Virus record (IMG/VR): IMGVR_UViG_2548876698_000017
DNA length: 34,976 nucleotides
DNA from: a virus
Lineage: Duplodnaviria > Heunggongvirae > Uroviricota > Caudoviricetes
Strand: one strand, 5' to 3'
Shown: in pieces, positions 15,880 to 25,131 of the stretch
Layout of the letters: each line of letters starts with the position of its first letter
Numbering within the stretch: position 1 is the first letter of the stretch
The notes under the pieces: generated by a model
What the model saw: the letters and a program-made list of their open reading frames with translations, nothing else
Database searches by the model: none
Told to the model about the DNA's origin: nothing
Program-made: the position numbers and the translations under genes

Positions 15880-16251
15880 TTATTGCTCGCTTAACTTCTG
15901 CTTCAGCAAGTAACCTTCGAGCATCCAGATTTTGTTTACAGCATTCTGCCGGGCAATCTTCCGACCAATTTCTGCATCAAAATTTTCCGGACTTGCACAG
16001 GAACTCTCTCCGGTGACGGTGAAGCCGTTGCGCAGCACCAGGACGCAGAACGTCAGCAGAGAAAGTGATTCGTGCGGCTGGTAGTTTACCTCTCCGCCAG
16101 TATGTTTCGCTTTTATGGCTTTGCCAAAGGCACCATCTTCTGCTGTGAAATATGCCTCCTGAGCAATAATGCCTTCGATATGGTCTGGCGTAACGCGCGG
16201 TGCCGTTTTGCCTTTCTCAACGATTTCTTTTTCGATTTGCTGGTCGTTCAT
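15880..16251 (-). CDS. Moron: Gp49-like (N4 gp49/Sf6 gp66-type) hypothetical protein (tentative)
   Basis: 123-aa ORF convergent with the terminase genes; AGGTGA RBS. Family assignment from recalled pattern (LLTFCVLVLRNGFTVTGESSCASPENFDAEIGRKIA) and is tentative. Confidence 0.45.
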   Translation of the reverse strand: MNDQQIEKEIVEKGKTAPRVTPDHIEGIIAQEAYFTAEDGAFGKAIKAKHTGGEVNYQPHESLSLLTFCVLVLRNGFTVTGESSCASPENFDAEIGRKIARQNAVNKIWMLEGYLLKQKLSEQ

Positions 16252-16261
16252 AATCTCACCT

Positions 16262-16285
16262 TAAAAAAATGCCCGGCGAACCGGG
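16262..16285 (-). terminator. Terminator-like hairpin downstream of the tRNA, immediately upstream of the moron RBS
   Basis: GCCCGG-CGAA-CCGGGC followed on the minus strand by a run of seven T. Confidence 0.5.
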
Positions 16286-16449
16286 CGAACTGGAAGCAAT
16301 GAGTTATGCCTTCCGTGGCTGTACGGGTTTACAGCATGAAGTCATCGCAATGGCGTCCTGCTGTAAAAAGGGCGGTGATAGTCCTTCAAGGGAAACTATC
16401 ACCGCCAAGCACCTGGAACTTCTGGCATCACGGTCCTTAGGCGTGATTC

Positions 16450-16526
16450 TGGCGTGGCATGCAGGATTCGAACCTGCGACCAACCGCTTAGAAGGCGGTT
16501 GCTCTGTCCAACTGAGCTAATGCCAC
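16450..16526 (-). tRNA. tRNA-Arg (anticodon UCU, reads AGA)
   Basis: Minus-strand 77 nt: GTGGCATTAGCTCAGTTGGACAGAGCAACCGCCTTCTAAGCGGTTGGTCGCAGGTTCGAATCCTGCATGCCACGCCA. Folds as a cloverleaf with 7-bp acceptor stem, GGTTCGAATCC T-arm, anticodon loop CTTCTAA and encoded 3' CCA. Confidence 0.9.
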
Positions 16527-16848
16527 AACGCTGAGAGCACTTAGCCTGTTAAGGCGCCACACTTTGTCGCGGCTCCATAAATGCTCTCATCGTTGTACCC
16601 TCGTCTCTTCCGAGGCGTCACACCGAATCGCCGGGATGGTGAATCCCCGTGCGCGGAATAAAACCGCTCGACTTGCACATTCCGGCTACCTGGTTCGTTT
16701 GCCCGAGCAAGGGAGGGTGCCCCTTAAACGTATCCAGACCGCTATCGGCGCATGTGCCATACGCCGTACTGCTCAAAATAAAAGCTCACTCCACCTGTTC
16801 AATTTAACGACAAGCCAGTCAGGTTAATAACCGGAATGAACCCTTTGA

Positions 16849-16863
16849 TTACCTGAAAGGTAA
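16849..16863. promoter_or_regulatory. Operator-like palindrome TTACCTGAAAGGTAA (perfect)
   Basis: Noncoding region between the tRNA and the 6.7-like/portal genes, about 90 bp upstream of the first structural ORF. Confidence 0.5.
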
Positions 16864-16953
16864 TAATTTGTGCGTTAAATGTCAACTATCTACGATAAAT
16901 AAATCATATGTGGTTAAATTGGTAATAATTTAATTGCGTACGGAGTCATTGAT

Positions 16954-17160
16954 ATGTGCATGGGTAGCTCACCATCAGTGCCTGCAACACCAGAAGTTCA
17001 GGCAGCACCACAGGAGCAGGATGCCGCCGTTGTTGATGCCCGCGACGAAGAAACACGTCGCCGTCGCGCTGCTGCTGGTCGTAGTTCTACGCTGCTTACC
17101 GGTTCTCAGGGCGACACATCAACCGCTAATACCAGCGGTAAAACGCTGCTTGGTCAGTAA
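16954..17160 (+). CDS. Small head-associated protein with N-terminal Met-Cys (T7 gp6.7-like position; tentative)
   Basis: 68-aa ORF (MCMGSSPSVPATPEV...), low complexity and Arg-rich; lies directly upstream of the portal gene and shares the initiation context GGAGTCATTGA-N-ATG with it. Confidence 0.45.
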   Translation: MCMGSSPSVPATPEVQAAPQEQDAAVVDARDEETRRRRAAAGRSSTLLTGSQGDTSTANTSGKTLLGQ

Positions 17161-17174
17161 CCGGAGTCATTGAA

Positions 17175-18854
17175 ATGGCGGAAACAACTAAAGAGCGATT
17201 GAACAAACAGTTCGCACAACTTGAAAGCGAGCGTCAGTCGTTCGAGCCGCACTGGCGCGAGTTGAGTGATTACATCAACCCGCGTGGTTCCCGCTTTCTG
17301 ACTTCTGAGGTCAACCGTAACGATCGACGCAATACACGCATTATTGATTCGACCGGGACTATGGCGGCGCGCACTCTCGCCAGCGGCATGATGTCAGGCA
17401 TCACAAGCCCCGCGCGTCCGTGGTTTCGCCTGGCTACGCCAGATCCTGAAATGATGGATTATGGCCCTGTTAAGTTGTGGCTTGAGGCGGTGCAGAACCG
17501 CATGAATGATATGTTCAATAAGTCGAATCTCTACCAGTCTCTTCCGCAGTTATACGGAAGCCTCGGCACATACAGCACTGGTGCAATGGCGGTGCTGGAG
17601 GATGACGAGGACATCATTCGCACAATGCCATTCCCGATAGGTAGTTACTACCTGGCTAACTCACCTCGTGGCAGTGTGGACACCTGTTTTCGCAAGTTCT
17701 CTATGACTGTTCGTCAGCTTGTTCAGGAGTTCGGGCTAAATAACGTCAGCGAATCCGTAAAAAGCATGTGGGAAATTGGCACCTACGAGAAGTGGATTGA
17801 GGTGATGCATTCGGTTTACCCGAACATTGACCGCGATACATCGAAGCTGGATAGCAAGAACAAGCCATTCAAATCGGTTTATTACGAGGTTGGCGGCGAT
17901 AACGACAAGTTGTTGCGTGAGTCCGGATTCGATGAGTTTCCAATTATGGCTCCGCGCTGGGAAGTTAACGGCGAAGATGTTTATGGATCATCATGCCCGG
18001 GTATGCTGGCGCTTGGACCTGTTAAGGCATTGCAGCTTCTTCAGAAGCGCAAGTCGCAGTTGATTGATAAAGCCACCAATCCGCCGATGGTTGCTCCGAC
18101 TTCCCTCAAGAATCAGCGCGCCTCCCTTCTTCCTGGCGACATCACGTATATCGATCAGATTACTGGTCAGGATGGTTTCAGGCCTGCTTATCTGGTTAAC
18201 CCCAGTACAGCAGATCTGGTAGCAGACATTCAGGACACTCGTCAAATCATTAACAGCGCCTACTTTGTCGATCTGTTCATGATGTTGCAGAACATCAATA
18301 CCCGCTCGATGCCTGTTGAAGCGGTGATCGAAATGAAAGAAGAAAAACTTCTGATGTTGGGGCCGGTTCTGGAGCGTCTGAACGACGAATGTCTTAATCC
18401 TCTCATTGACCGCGCTTTCTCGATGATGGTGCGTAAAAACATGCTGCCGCCACCGCCTGACGCGATGGAAGGCATGCCCCTGAAGGTCGAATACATTTCC
18501 GTCATGGCTCAGGCGCAGAAGTCTATCGGCCTGTCCAGTCTGGCGTCCACGGTTAACTTCATTGGTCAACTTGCGCAAGCGAAACCAGAAGCTCTCGACA
18601 AACTCAACGTTGATCAGGCGATCGATGCATTCGCTGATATGTCCGGAGTGTCTCCAACCGTCATTGTTCCGCAGGAACAGGTTGATCAGGCTCGCCAGCA
18701 ACGGGCACAGCAGCAACAGCAGCAACAAATGATGGCGATGGGGATGGCGGCGGCACAGGGTGCCAAGACGCTAAGCGAAGCTAAAACTTCGGATCCGAGT
18801 GTTTTGTCAGCTATGGCGAATGCAGTTAGTGGTCAGGGTGGGCAATCACAATGA
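17175..18854 (+). CDS. Portal (head-to-tail connector) protein, T7 gp8-like
   Basis: 559-aa ORF directly after the terminase/moron block; C-terminal Gln/Ala/Met-rich tail (QQRAQQQQQQQMMAMGMAAAQGA) resembles the T7-type connector C-terminus; followed by scaffold and capsid genes. Confidence 0.8.
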   Translation: MAETTKERLNKQFAQLESERQSFEPHWRELSDYINPRGSRFLTSEVNRNDRRNTRIIDSTGTMAARTLASGMMSGITSPARPWFRLATPDPEMMDYGPVKLWLEAVQNRMNDMFNKSNLYQSLPQLYGSLGTYSTGAMAVLEDDEDIIRTMPFPIGSYYLANSPRGSVDTCFRKFSMTVRQLVQEFGLNNVSESVKSMWEIGTYEKWIEVMHSVYPNIDRDTSKLDSKNKPFKSVYYEVGGDNDKLLRESGFDEFPIMAPRWEVNGEDVYGSSCPGMLALGPVKALQLLQKRKSQLIDKATNPPMVAPTSLKNQRASLLPGDITYIDQITGQDGFRPAYLVNPSTADLVADIQDTRQIINSAYFVDLFMMLQNINTRSMPVEAVIEMKEEKLLMLGPVLERLNDECLNPLIDRAFSMMVRKNMLPPPPDAMEGMPLKVEYISVMAQAQKSIGLSSLASTVNFIGQLAQAKPEALDKLNVDQAIDAFADMSGVSPTVIVPQEQVDQARQQRAQQQQQQQMMAMGMAAAQGAKTLSEAKTSDPSVLSAMANAVSGQGGQSQ

Positions 18855-19147
18855 CAGATTACGAAGACGATCAACTGAAAGAAGAAAACGCCCGTAAGCA
18901 ACGTGACATGGCACAGCGTGAAATTGATGACATTCGCTTTGTCATGAGCAGTGAACAGGGGCGTCGCGTTGTCTGGTCTGTGCTGGAGAAAGGCCGGGTG
19001 TTTTCCGCTATCTCTCCGATGGATGCTATGGCAATGGCATTTAATGAGGGGCAACGCAATCTGGCGCTGGAACTGTTTCAGCGCGTTATGGCTCATTGCC
19101 CTGAACAGTATTTGAAGATGGCCAAAGAGGCCAGTGAACAGGAGTGA
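18851..19147 (+). CDS. Hypothetical head-assembly protein
   Basis: 98-aa ORF between portal and scaffold; overlaps the portal stop. Confidence 0.45.
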   Translation: MTDYEDDQLKEENARKQRDMAQREIDDIRFVMSSEQGRRVVWSVLEKGRVFSAISPMDAMAMAFNEGQRNLALELFQRVMAHCPEQYLKMAKEASEQE

Positions 19148-19149
19148 TC

Positions 19150-19845
19150 ATGAATTTATTTGAGCGTTTGCTGTATCGCCGTCTTTGCAATGAGCAACCA
19201 GTCGATGGTGGAGCAGCTCCGGCTGCGTCAGAACCGTCAGCGCCTGCAGGTGATAACCCTGCTCCAGTTGGTGATCCATCACAACAGGAAGGTGATAAGC
19301 CACAACCTGTTGCTGATGGCGATAAACCTGCTGATGACAAAAAGCCTGAAAACGATAAGCAGGATGAAAAAAAGGACGGCGATAAACCAGAGGGTGCGCC
19401 TGAGAAGTACGAGTTTCAGGCTGCCGAAGGCGTAGAGCTGGATACAGAAGCGTTGAAGGAGTTCGAGCCGGTGGCGCGAGAACTTAACCTGACCAACGAG
19501 CAAGCGAAAAAGCTGGTTGATGTTTATCCGAAGATTCTGGCAGGTGTGCAGCAGCGCCAGGCAGAAGCCTGGCAGAAAACAACCGAGCAGTGGGCTGCTG
19601 ATGTAAAAGCTGACAAAGAAATCGGTGGCGACAAGTTGATTTCTAACCTTAGCGCCGCACAGCGTGCGCTTGACCAGTTCGGGACACCTGAACTCAAAGA
19701 ATATCTGAACACCACCGGACTGGGTAATCACCCTGATCTGGTCAAAACGTTCGTGAAAATCGGAAAGGCGATGTCTGAAGATGGCATGGTCACCGGTGGT
19801 AATGAAGGCCAGCGTAGTGCGGCCGAAGTGCTCTATGGCAAATAA
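19150..19845 (+). CDS. Scaffolding protein (acidic, low-complexity N-terminus)
   Basis: ATG at 19150 with AGGAG 6 nt upstream; Pro/Asp/Lys-rich N-terminal segment and helical C-terminal region; sits between portal and major capsid gene. Confidence 0.6.
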   Translation: MNLFERLLYRRLCNEQPVDGGAAPAASEPSAPAGDNPAPVGDPSQQEGDKPQPVADGDKPADDKKPENDKQDEKKDGDKPEGAPEKYEFQAAEGVELDTEALKEFEPVARELNLTNEQAKKLVDVYPKILAGVQQRQAEAWQKTTEQWAADVKADKEIGGDKLISNLSAAQRALDQFGTPELKEYLNTTGLGNHPDLVKTFVKIGKAMSEDGMVTGGNEGQRSAAEVLYGK

Positions 19846-19859
19846 GAGAGGAAATGACA

Positions 19860-20846
19860 ATGGCTGTTAAAGGCTTAACTGCGCTAACGCTGGCTGACTG
19901 GGGTAAGCGCGTCGATCCAAACGGGAAAGTCGATAAGATTATCGAGCTTCTCGGTCAAACTAACCCGATCCTTCAGGATATGCCTTTTGTCGAAGGGAAC
20001 CTTCCTACCGGACACCGAACCACCATTCGTTCTGGTTTACCTTCAGCTACCTGGCGTTTGCTGAACTATGGCGTACAGCCAAGCAAATCAACCACAGTGC
20101 AGGTAACCGATTCCGTTGGCATGCTGGAAACCTATGCTGAAGTCGATAAGTCACTGGCTGATCTGAACGGCAATACCGCCGAATTCCGCCTGTCTGAAGA
20201 CCGCGCATTTATTGAAGCGATGAATCAGCAGATGGCGCAGACGCTGTTTTATGGTGATTCCAGCGTTAACCCTCAGCAGTTTATGGGACTGTCCTCCCGC
20301 TATTCCAGCCTGTCTGCAGGTAATGCTCAGAACATCATTGATGCTGGTGGCACGGGTACAGATAACACCTCAATCTGGTTAGTGGTGTGGGGCGAAAACA
20401 CAGTGCATGGCATCTTCCCGAAAGGGCAGAAGGCTGGCATTCAGATGGAAGATAAAGGCCAGGTGACACTGGAAGATGCTAATGGCGGCAAGTACGAAGG
20501 CTACCGTACCCATTACAAATGGGACAACGGACTTGCTCTGCGTGACTGGCGTTATGTTGTTCGCATTGCAAACATCGATGTCAGCAATCTTTCAGAACCT
20601 TCCTCTGCCGCAAATATTGCGAAGTTGATGGTTAAAGCACTGCATCGCATTCCAAATCGTGGCATGGGTCGCCCGGTGTTCTACATGAACCGCACTGTAG
20701 GCCAGGCTCTTGATCTGCAATCTCTGGAGAAAACATCTCTGGCGATCAGCGTAAAAGAGACAGAAGGCGAGTGGTGGACTTCATTCCGTGGTGTACCAAT
20801 CCGTGAAACTGATGCGCTTCTGGAAACAGAAGCCCGCGTGGTGTAA
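19860..20846 (+). CDS. Major capsid protein
   Basis: ATG at 19860 (MAVKGLTAL...) with AGAGAGGA RBS; about 330 aa, directly after the scaffold gene and followed by a stem-loop at 20863-20882. Confidence 0.75.
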   Translation: MAVKGLTALTLADWGKRVDPNGKVDKIIELLGQTNPILQDMPFVEGNLPTGHRTTIRSGLPSATWRLLNYGVQPSKSTTVQVTDSVGMLETYAEVDKSLADLNGNTAEFRLSEDRAFIEAMNQQMAQTLFYGDSSVNPQQFMGLSSRYSSLSAGNAQNIIDAGGTGTDNTSIWLVVWGENTVHGIFPKGQKAGIQMEDKGQVTLEDANGGKYEGYRTHYKWDNGLALRDWRYVVRIANIDVSNLSEPSSAANIAKLMVKALHRIPNRGMGRPVFYMNRTVGQALDLQSLEKTSLAISVKETEGEWWTSFRGVPIRETDALLETEARVV

Positions 20847-20897
20847 CGCCTGTTATTAACCTGTGGGTCGTAACAGACCCACTAATGGAGAAAGAAG

Positions 20898-21335
20898 ATG
20901 ATCACCGACAAACTGTTGATGTTCTCCGAAGCTCAGGCGGTTACGAATACCGCGGCTTCTACTGACGTAATCGATCTCGGTCCAATTGATGGAAACCGTC
21001 GCGATATCGGTGTGGGTTACCCGCTTGAGTTTTGGGTGCTGGTTAACGAAGCCGCCACGGCAAGTGGTGAGGCAACTGTAAACATCCAGTTGCAGACGAG
21101 TGAGAATAACAGCTCTTGGACCACTATTTATGATAGTGGTGCGTTGGCAAAGGCCACCCTGACAGCAGGTAAGCGAGTTGTTTCTGCAAAGGTGCCAGCC
21201 GGTGTTCAGCGATATCTGCGTGTTAACTACTCCGTCGCAACTGGCCCACTAACGGCCGGCAAATTCACTGCGGGTATCAGTCTGGATGTTGATGCCAATA
21301 CGCCGTACCCGATCCGCTCAAAAGTAACTGGTTAA
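20898..21335 (+). CDS. Candidate capsid decoration/stabilisation protein
   Basis: 145-aa Thr/Ala/Val-rich ORF immediately after the major capsid gene; assignment by position only. Confidence 0.35.
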   Translation: MITDKLLMFSEAQAVTNTAASTDVIDLGPIDGNRRDIGVGYPLEFWVLVNEAATASGEATVNIQLQTSENNSSWTTIYDSGALAKATLTAGKRVVSAKVPAGVQRYLRVNYSVATGPLTAGKFTAGISLDVDANTPYPIRSKVTG

Positions 21336-21345
21336 GGTGATATCG

Positions 21346-21681
21346 ATGTCAGGTGAGAAACCAAGATACCGCGTTCTGCGCCTCTCTCATATCCATAACA
21401 CTCTGTGGCCGGAGGGGGCAGAAATCGAATACGAAGGTGAGCCTGGTAGCGCACTGGAACCTGTTAACGATGCAGCCAGACAGGCAAAAGCAAAAGTTGC
21501 AGGAAAGGTGTCAATGGCAGCAACCAGCACCAAAATCATCAACGATGTGTCAGATGATGGTGAACTGGATAAGCTCCGTGAAGAGTACGAATTGCTCTTT
21601 AACGAGAAGCCACACCATAACGCCAAAGCCGAAACGCTCCGCGAGAAGATCGCAGATAAGCGTAAAGAACTGGGCGTGTAA
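21346..21681 (+). CDS. Hypothetical virion/assembly protein
   Basis: ATG at 21346 (MSGEKPRYRVL...) with AAGGTGA RBS; followed by an intrinsic terminator at 21699-21719. Confidence 0.4.
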   Translation: MSGEKPRYRVLRLSHIHNTLWPEGAEIEYEGEPGSALEPVNDAARQAKAKVAGKVSMAATSTKIINDVSDDGELDKLREEYELLFNEKPHHNAKAETLREKIADKRKELGV

Positions 21682-21698
21682 GCCTCGCGAATCAGACA

Positions 21699-21719
21699 AG
21701 GGGCTTCGGCCCCTTTATT
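21699..21719 (+). terminator. Intrinsic terminator within the late operon after the head genes
   Basis: AGGGGC-TTCG-GCCCCT followed by TTATTG. Confidence 0.55.
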
Positions 21720-21731
21720 GCAGGAGTGTAT

Positions 21732-22055
21732 ATGGAACTCGTAAACCTCAAAACCGGCACTGACAGCTACCAGGATGAGAGCGGAGAAACCAGAACTCGC
21801 GATGAATACCCGTGGGGGCTGTGCATCACGCTGAATAACGACACATTGAATAAGCTGAAGGCGCAACCTAAGGGCGTCGGAACAGAAGTGATGATAACTG
21901 CAAAGGCTGTTATTCGAGGCCTGTCAGCCAGAGAAACTGACGATGGCGTTAATCGCAGCGCCGATCTGCAGATCACTGATATGGCGATCGCTCCTGTTTC
22001 CGGGGATGTAGAAAAATCAGCGGCTGAAACTCTGTACGGTAACGGAGGTGAGTGA
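21732..22055 (+). CDS. Hypothetical virion protein
   Basis: ATG at 21732 (MELVNLKTG...) with CAGGAG RBS; stop overlaps next start. Confidence 0.4.
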   Translation: MELVNLKTGTDSYQDESGETRTRDEYPWGLCITLNNDTLNKLKAQPKGVGTEVMITAKAVIRGLSARETDDGVNRSADLQITDMAIAPVSGDVEKSAAETLYGNGGE

Positions 22056-22660
22056 TGGCCTCTGTAGTAGAGATCTGTAATCGTGCGCTGTCCAATATTG
22101 GCAATAGCCGCAGCATTAACAGCCTGACGGAAGCCAGCAAGGAAGCGGGGGAATGTTCGCTGCACTTTGAGGCCTGCCGTGATGCTGTGCTTTCTGATTT
22201 TGACTGGAACTTTGCTACCAAACGCGTGGCGCTTGCAGATACGAGCAATCCACCGCCTGACTGGGAATATGCGTACCAGTACCCGTCCGATTGTCTGCGC
22301 ATTACTGAAATTATGCTTCCTGGTGTACGCAATCCAGCAGCACCAATGCGCGTTCAGTACGAAGTTGGTGCAGACACCAACGGAACAGGAAAGTTGATCT
22401 ACACAGACCAGCCTCAGGCATGGCTCAAGTATGTCTCTCGCGTTACAGATGTGAACATGTTTGATGCCATTTTTATGGAGGCGTTGGCCTGGCGTCTTGC
22501 GGCAGCTATTAACATGGCGCTGACTGGGAATGCAGACCTCGGTACGTTTGCCCTCAATATGTACAATCGCGTGATTCTTAGTGCTGGCTCGCATAGCCAG
22601 AATGAATCACAGGAACCACAGCCACCGGTTGACGAGTTTACCATTGCGAGGTTGTCCTGA
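22055..22660 (+). CDS. Tail adaptor / tail tubular protein A-like (T7 gp11-like; tentative)
   Basis: ATG at 22055 with GGAGG 6 nt upstream; N-terminal EICNRALSNIGNSRSINSL pattern resembles gp11-type adaptors; position before a large gp12-like ORF. Confidence 0.5.
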   Translation: MASVVEICNRALSNIGNSRSINSLTEASKEAGECSLHFEACRDAVLSDFDWNFATKRVALADTSNPPPDWEYAYQYPSDCLRITEIMLPGVRNPAAPMRVQYEVGADTNGTGKLIYTDQPQAWLKYVSRVTDVNMFDAIFMEALAWRLAAAINMALTGNADLGTFALNMYNRVILSAGSHSQNESQEPQPPVDEFTIARLS

Positions 22661-25131
22661 TGGCTATCAGTTGGATCCAGCCCAGCTTTGCCGGTGGTGA
22701 GATTGGACCATCGTTGTATGGTCGTATCGACATGGCGAAGTACCAGGTGGCATTGCGCAAGTGCGATAACTTTATCGTGCGGCAGTATGGCGGCGTTGAG
22801 AATCGACCTGGTACGCGTTTTGTTGGTGCCGCCAAATACCCAAATCGGAAATGCCGCCTGATCCCGTTCCAGTTCTCGACGGTTCAGACCTATGCTCTGG
22901 AGTTCGGACACCAGTACATGCGCGTTATCAAAGATGGTGCGTTGGTGCTGAACAGCAGCAATGTTATTTATGAAATTGCCACGCCATATACTGAAGCTGA
23001 TCTGTTCCGAATTAAATTCACGCAAAGCGCTGACGTGCTTACGCTGGTTCACCCGGAATACCCGCCGAAAGAGTTGCGGCGCTATGCGCATGACAACTGG
23101 CAACTTGTTGATGTGGTAACGAAGAACGGGCCATTTGAAGATATCAATATTGACGAGTCAGTGACGGTTTATGCCAGCGCCAGCACCGGGACAATTACGT
23201 TAACGGCAAACGCCTCTATTTTTGGCGCGGAGCAGGTAGGCAAATTGTTCTATCTGGAACAGCCTGCAGTGGATTCAGTGCCGGTATGGGAAACCAGTAA
23301 GAGTACGTCGATTGGCGATATTCGCCGTGCAGACAGTAACTACTATCGCGCCGTTACAGCAGGCAAAACAGGCACTTTGCGCCCTTCTCATACAGAAGGC
23401 ACATCATGGGATGGCTGGGGCGGATCCGGTGATGATGATACCGGCATTGAGTGGGAGTATCTGCACAGTGGTTTTGGCATTGCCCGTATCTCTGCTGCAA
23501 ATGGAACTACTGCAACTGCCGAGGTGATTTCCTATATCCCTTCGCAGGTCGTTGGCGAGGATAATGCCAGCTATAAATGGGCTAAATATGCCTGGAACAG
23601 TGTTAATGGTTATCCTGGCACTGTTGTTTATTATCAACAACGTCTTTACTTCGCCGCATCGACTGCGTTCCCTCAGACTATCTGGGCCAGCCGTACTGGT
23701 GATTATAAGGATTTTGGCAAAAGCAATCCTACGCAGGATGACGACAGAATTATCTACACCTATGCCGGGCGTCAGGTTAATGAGATCCGCCACCTGATTG
23801 ATGTTGGTTCGCTGGTGGCGCTGACTTCCGGAGGTGAGTACGTCATCACTGGAGACCAGAACAAAGTGCTTACCCCATCATCATTTGCATTCAGCTCTCA
23901 GGGATCAAATGGCTCGAGCAATGTCCCACCAATTGCCGTGGCGAATATTGCTCTGTTCGTCCAGGAGAAAGGCAGTGTTGTCCGTGATCTGGCCTACTCA
24001 TTCGATGTTGACGGCTATCAGGGGAACGACCTTACTATCCTTGCCAATCATCTTTTTCAGAAGCACAGCATTGTTGACTGGTGCTTCTCGATAGTCCCTT
24101 ACTCCAGCGCCTTCTGCATCCGTGATGACGGTAAATTACTGGTGATGACCTATTTGCGTGATCAGCAGGTTTTTGCATGGGCACCACAATCCAGTACCGG
24201 AAAATATGAAAGCACATGCAGTATCAGCGAAGGCAATGAAGATGCGGTGTATTTCGTCGTTAACAGAACCGTTAACGGGCAAACAGTGAGATACATCGAG
24301 AGACTGTCCAGCCGTTTATTTACCAGCGATGAAGATGCTTTCTTTGTTGATTCTGGCCTTAGCTATGATGGAAGAAATACGTCTGACAGAACGATGACCA
24401 TCACTGGTGGTTCTGGCGAATGGGATTATCGCGCGGAATATACAATCAGTGTTTCTGGTGGTGCGTACTTCACCAGTAGTGATGTCGGCGCGCAACTACA
24501 GTTCCCTTATGCCGGAACTGATCCTGGTACTGGCGATGAAGTGTCAAAAGAATTACGTTGCGACATTATTTCTGTAACCAGCAATACCGCTGTAGTGGTT
24601 CGTGCCAACAGGAACGTCCCGCCATCCCTCAGGAATGCGGCCACCATGAACTGGCAGATGGCGCGCCGGACATTTGGAGGCCTGTCTCATCTTGAAGGCC
24701 AGACCGTAAACATTCTCTCTGATGCGAACGTGGAACCACAGAAAGTGGTTTCCGGAGGTGCCGTCACGCTGGAATCACCGGGGGCTGTAGTGCACATCGG
24801 CCTGCCAATAACTGCTGAATTCGAAACACTGGATATCAACATTAACGGACAGGAAACGCTGCTGGACAAAAAACAGGTGATCCCGTCCGTTACTCTGGTT
24901 GTGAATGCCAGCCGCGGCATCTGGGCGACTACGCCAGGCGGTAAATGGTACGAATATCCACAGCGTGAATTCGAGTTCTACGATGATCCTGTTGATGACG
25001 CTACCGGAAAAGTAGAAGTGAAACTGGACAGTAACTGGGGCAAAAACGGACGTGTAAGAATCCGTCAGCTTGACCCGTTGCCGCTGTCTGTTCTTGCCGT
25101 TATTCCTCGCCTTACTGTTGGGGGATTTTGA
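22660..25131 (+). CDS. Tail nozzle / tail tubular protein B-like (T7 gp12-like; tentative)
   Basis: 823-aa ORF following the adaptor-like gene; size and order match podovirus nozzle proteins. Confidence 0.5.
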   Translation: MAISWIQPSFAGGEIGPSLYGRIDMAKYQVALRKCDNFIVRQYGGVENRPGTRFVGAAKYPNRKCRLIPFQFSTVQTYALEFGHQYMRVIKDGALVLNSSNVIYEIATPYTEADLFRIKFTQSADVLTLVHPEYPPKELRRYAHDNWQLVDVVTKNGPFEDINIDESVTVYASASTGTITLTANASIFGAEQVGKLFYLEQPAVDSVPVWETSKSTSIGDIRRADSNYYRAVTAGKTGTLRPSHTEGTSWDGWGGSGDDDTGIEWEYLHSGFGIARISAANGTTATAEVISYIPSQVVGEDNASYKWAKYAWNSVNGYPGTVVYYQQRLYFAASTAFPQTIWASRTGDYKDFGKSNPTQDDDRIIYTYAGRQVNEIRHLIDVGSLVALTSGGEYVITGDQNKVLTPSSFAFSSQGSNGSSNVPPIAVANIALFVQEKGSVVRDLAYSFDVDGYQGNDLTILANHLFQKHSIVDWCFSIVPYSSAFCIRDDGKLLVMTYLRDQQVFAWAPQSSTGKYESTCSISEGNEDAVYFVVNRTVNGQTVRYIERLSSRLFTSDEDAFFVDSGLSYDGRNTSDRTMTITGGSGEWDYRAEYTISVSGGAYFTSSDVGAQLQFPYAGTDPGTGDEVSKELRCDIISVTSNTAVVVRANRNVPPSLRNAATMNWQMARRTFGGLSHLEGQTVNILSDANVEPQKVVSGGAVTLESPGAVVHIGLPITAEFETLDININGQETLLDKKQVIPSVTLVVNASRGIWATTPGGKWYEYPQREFEFYDDPVDDATGKVEVKLDSNWGKNGRVRIRQLDPLPLSVLAVIPRLTVGGF

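Noticed and set aside
16450-16526. tRNA-Arg as the prophage attachment site
   Set aside because: It lies mid-genome between terminase and portal on the opposite strand, far from the integrase and with phage genes on both sides. It is phage cargo, not attB.
16527-16850. Second tRNA or tRNA fragment next to tRNA-Arg
   Set aside because: There is a GGTTCG-like segment, but no cloverleaf with acceptor stem and anticodon arm could be folded by eye.
17991-18728. 245-aa minus-strand ORF inside the portal gene, and similar antisense ORFs (21767..22594, 22414..23103, 26194..26811, 30150..30665, 19279..19860)
   Set aside because: They lie fully within long sense-strand genes that have clear synteny and start signals, have no RBS, and have odd composition. 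They are treated as frame shadows.
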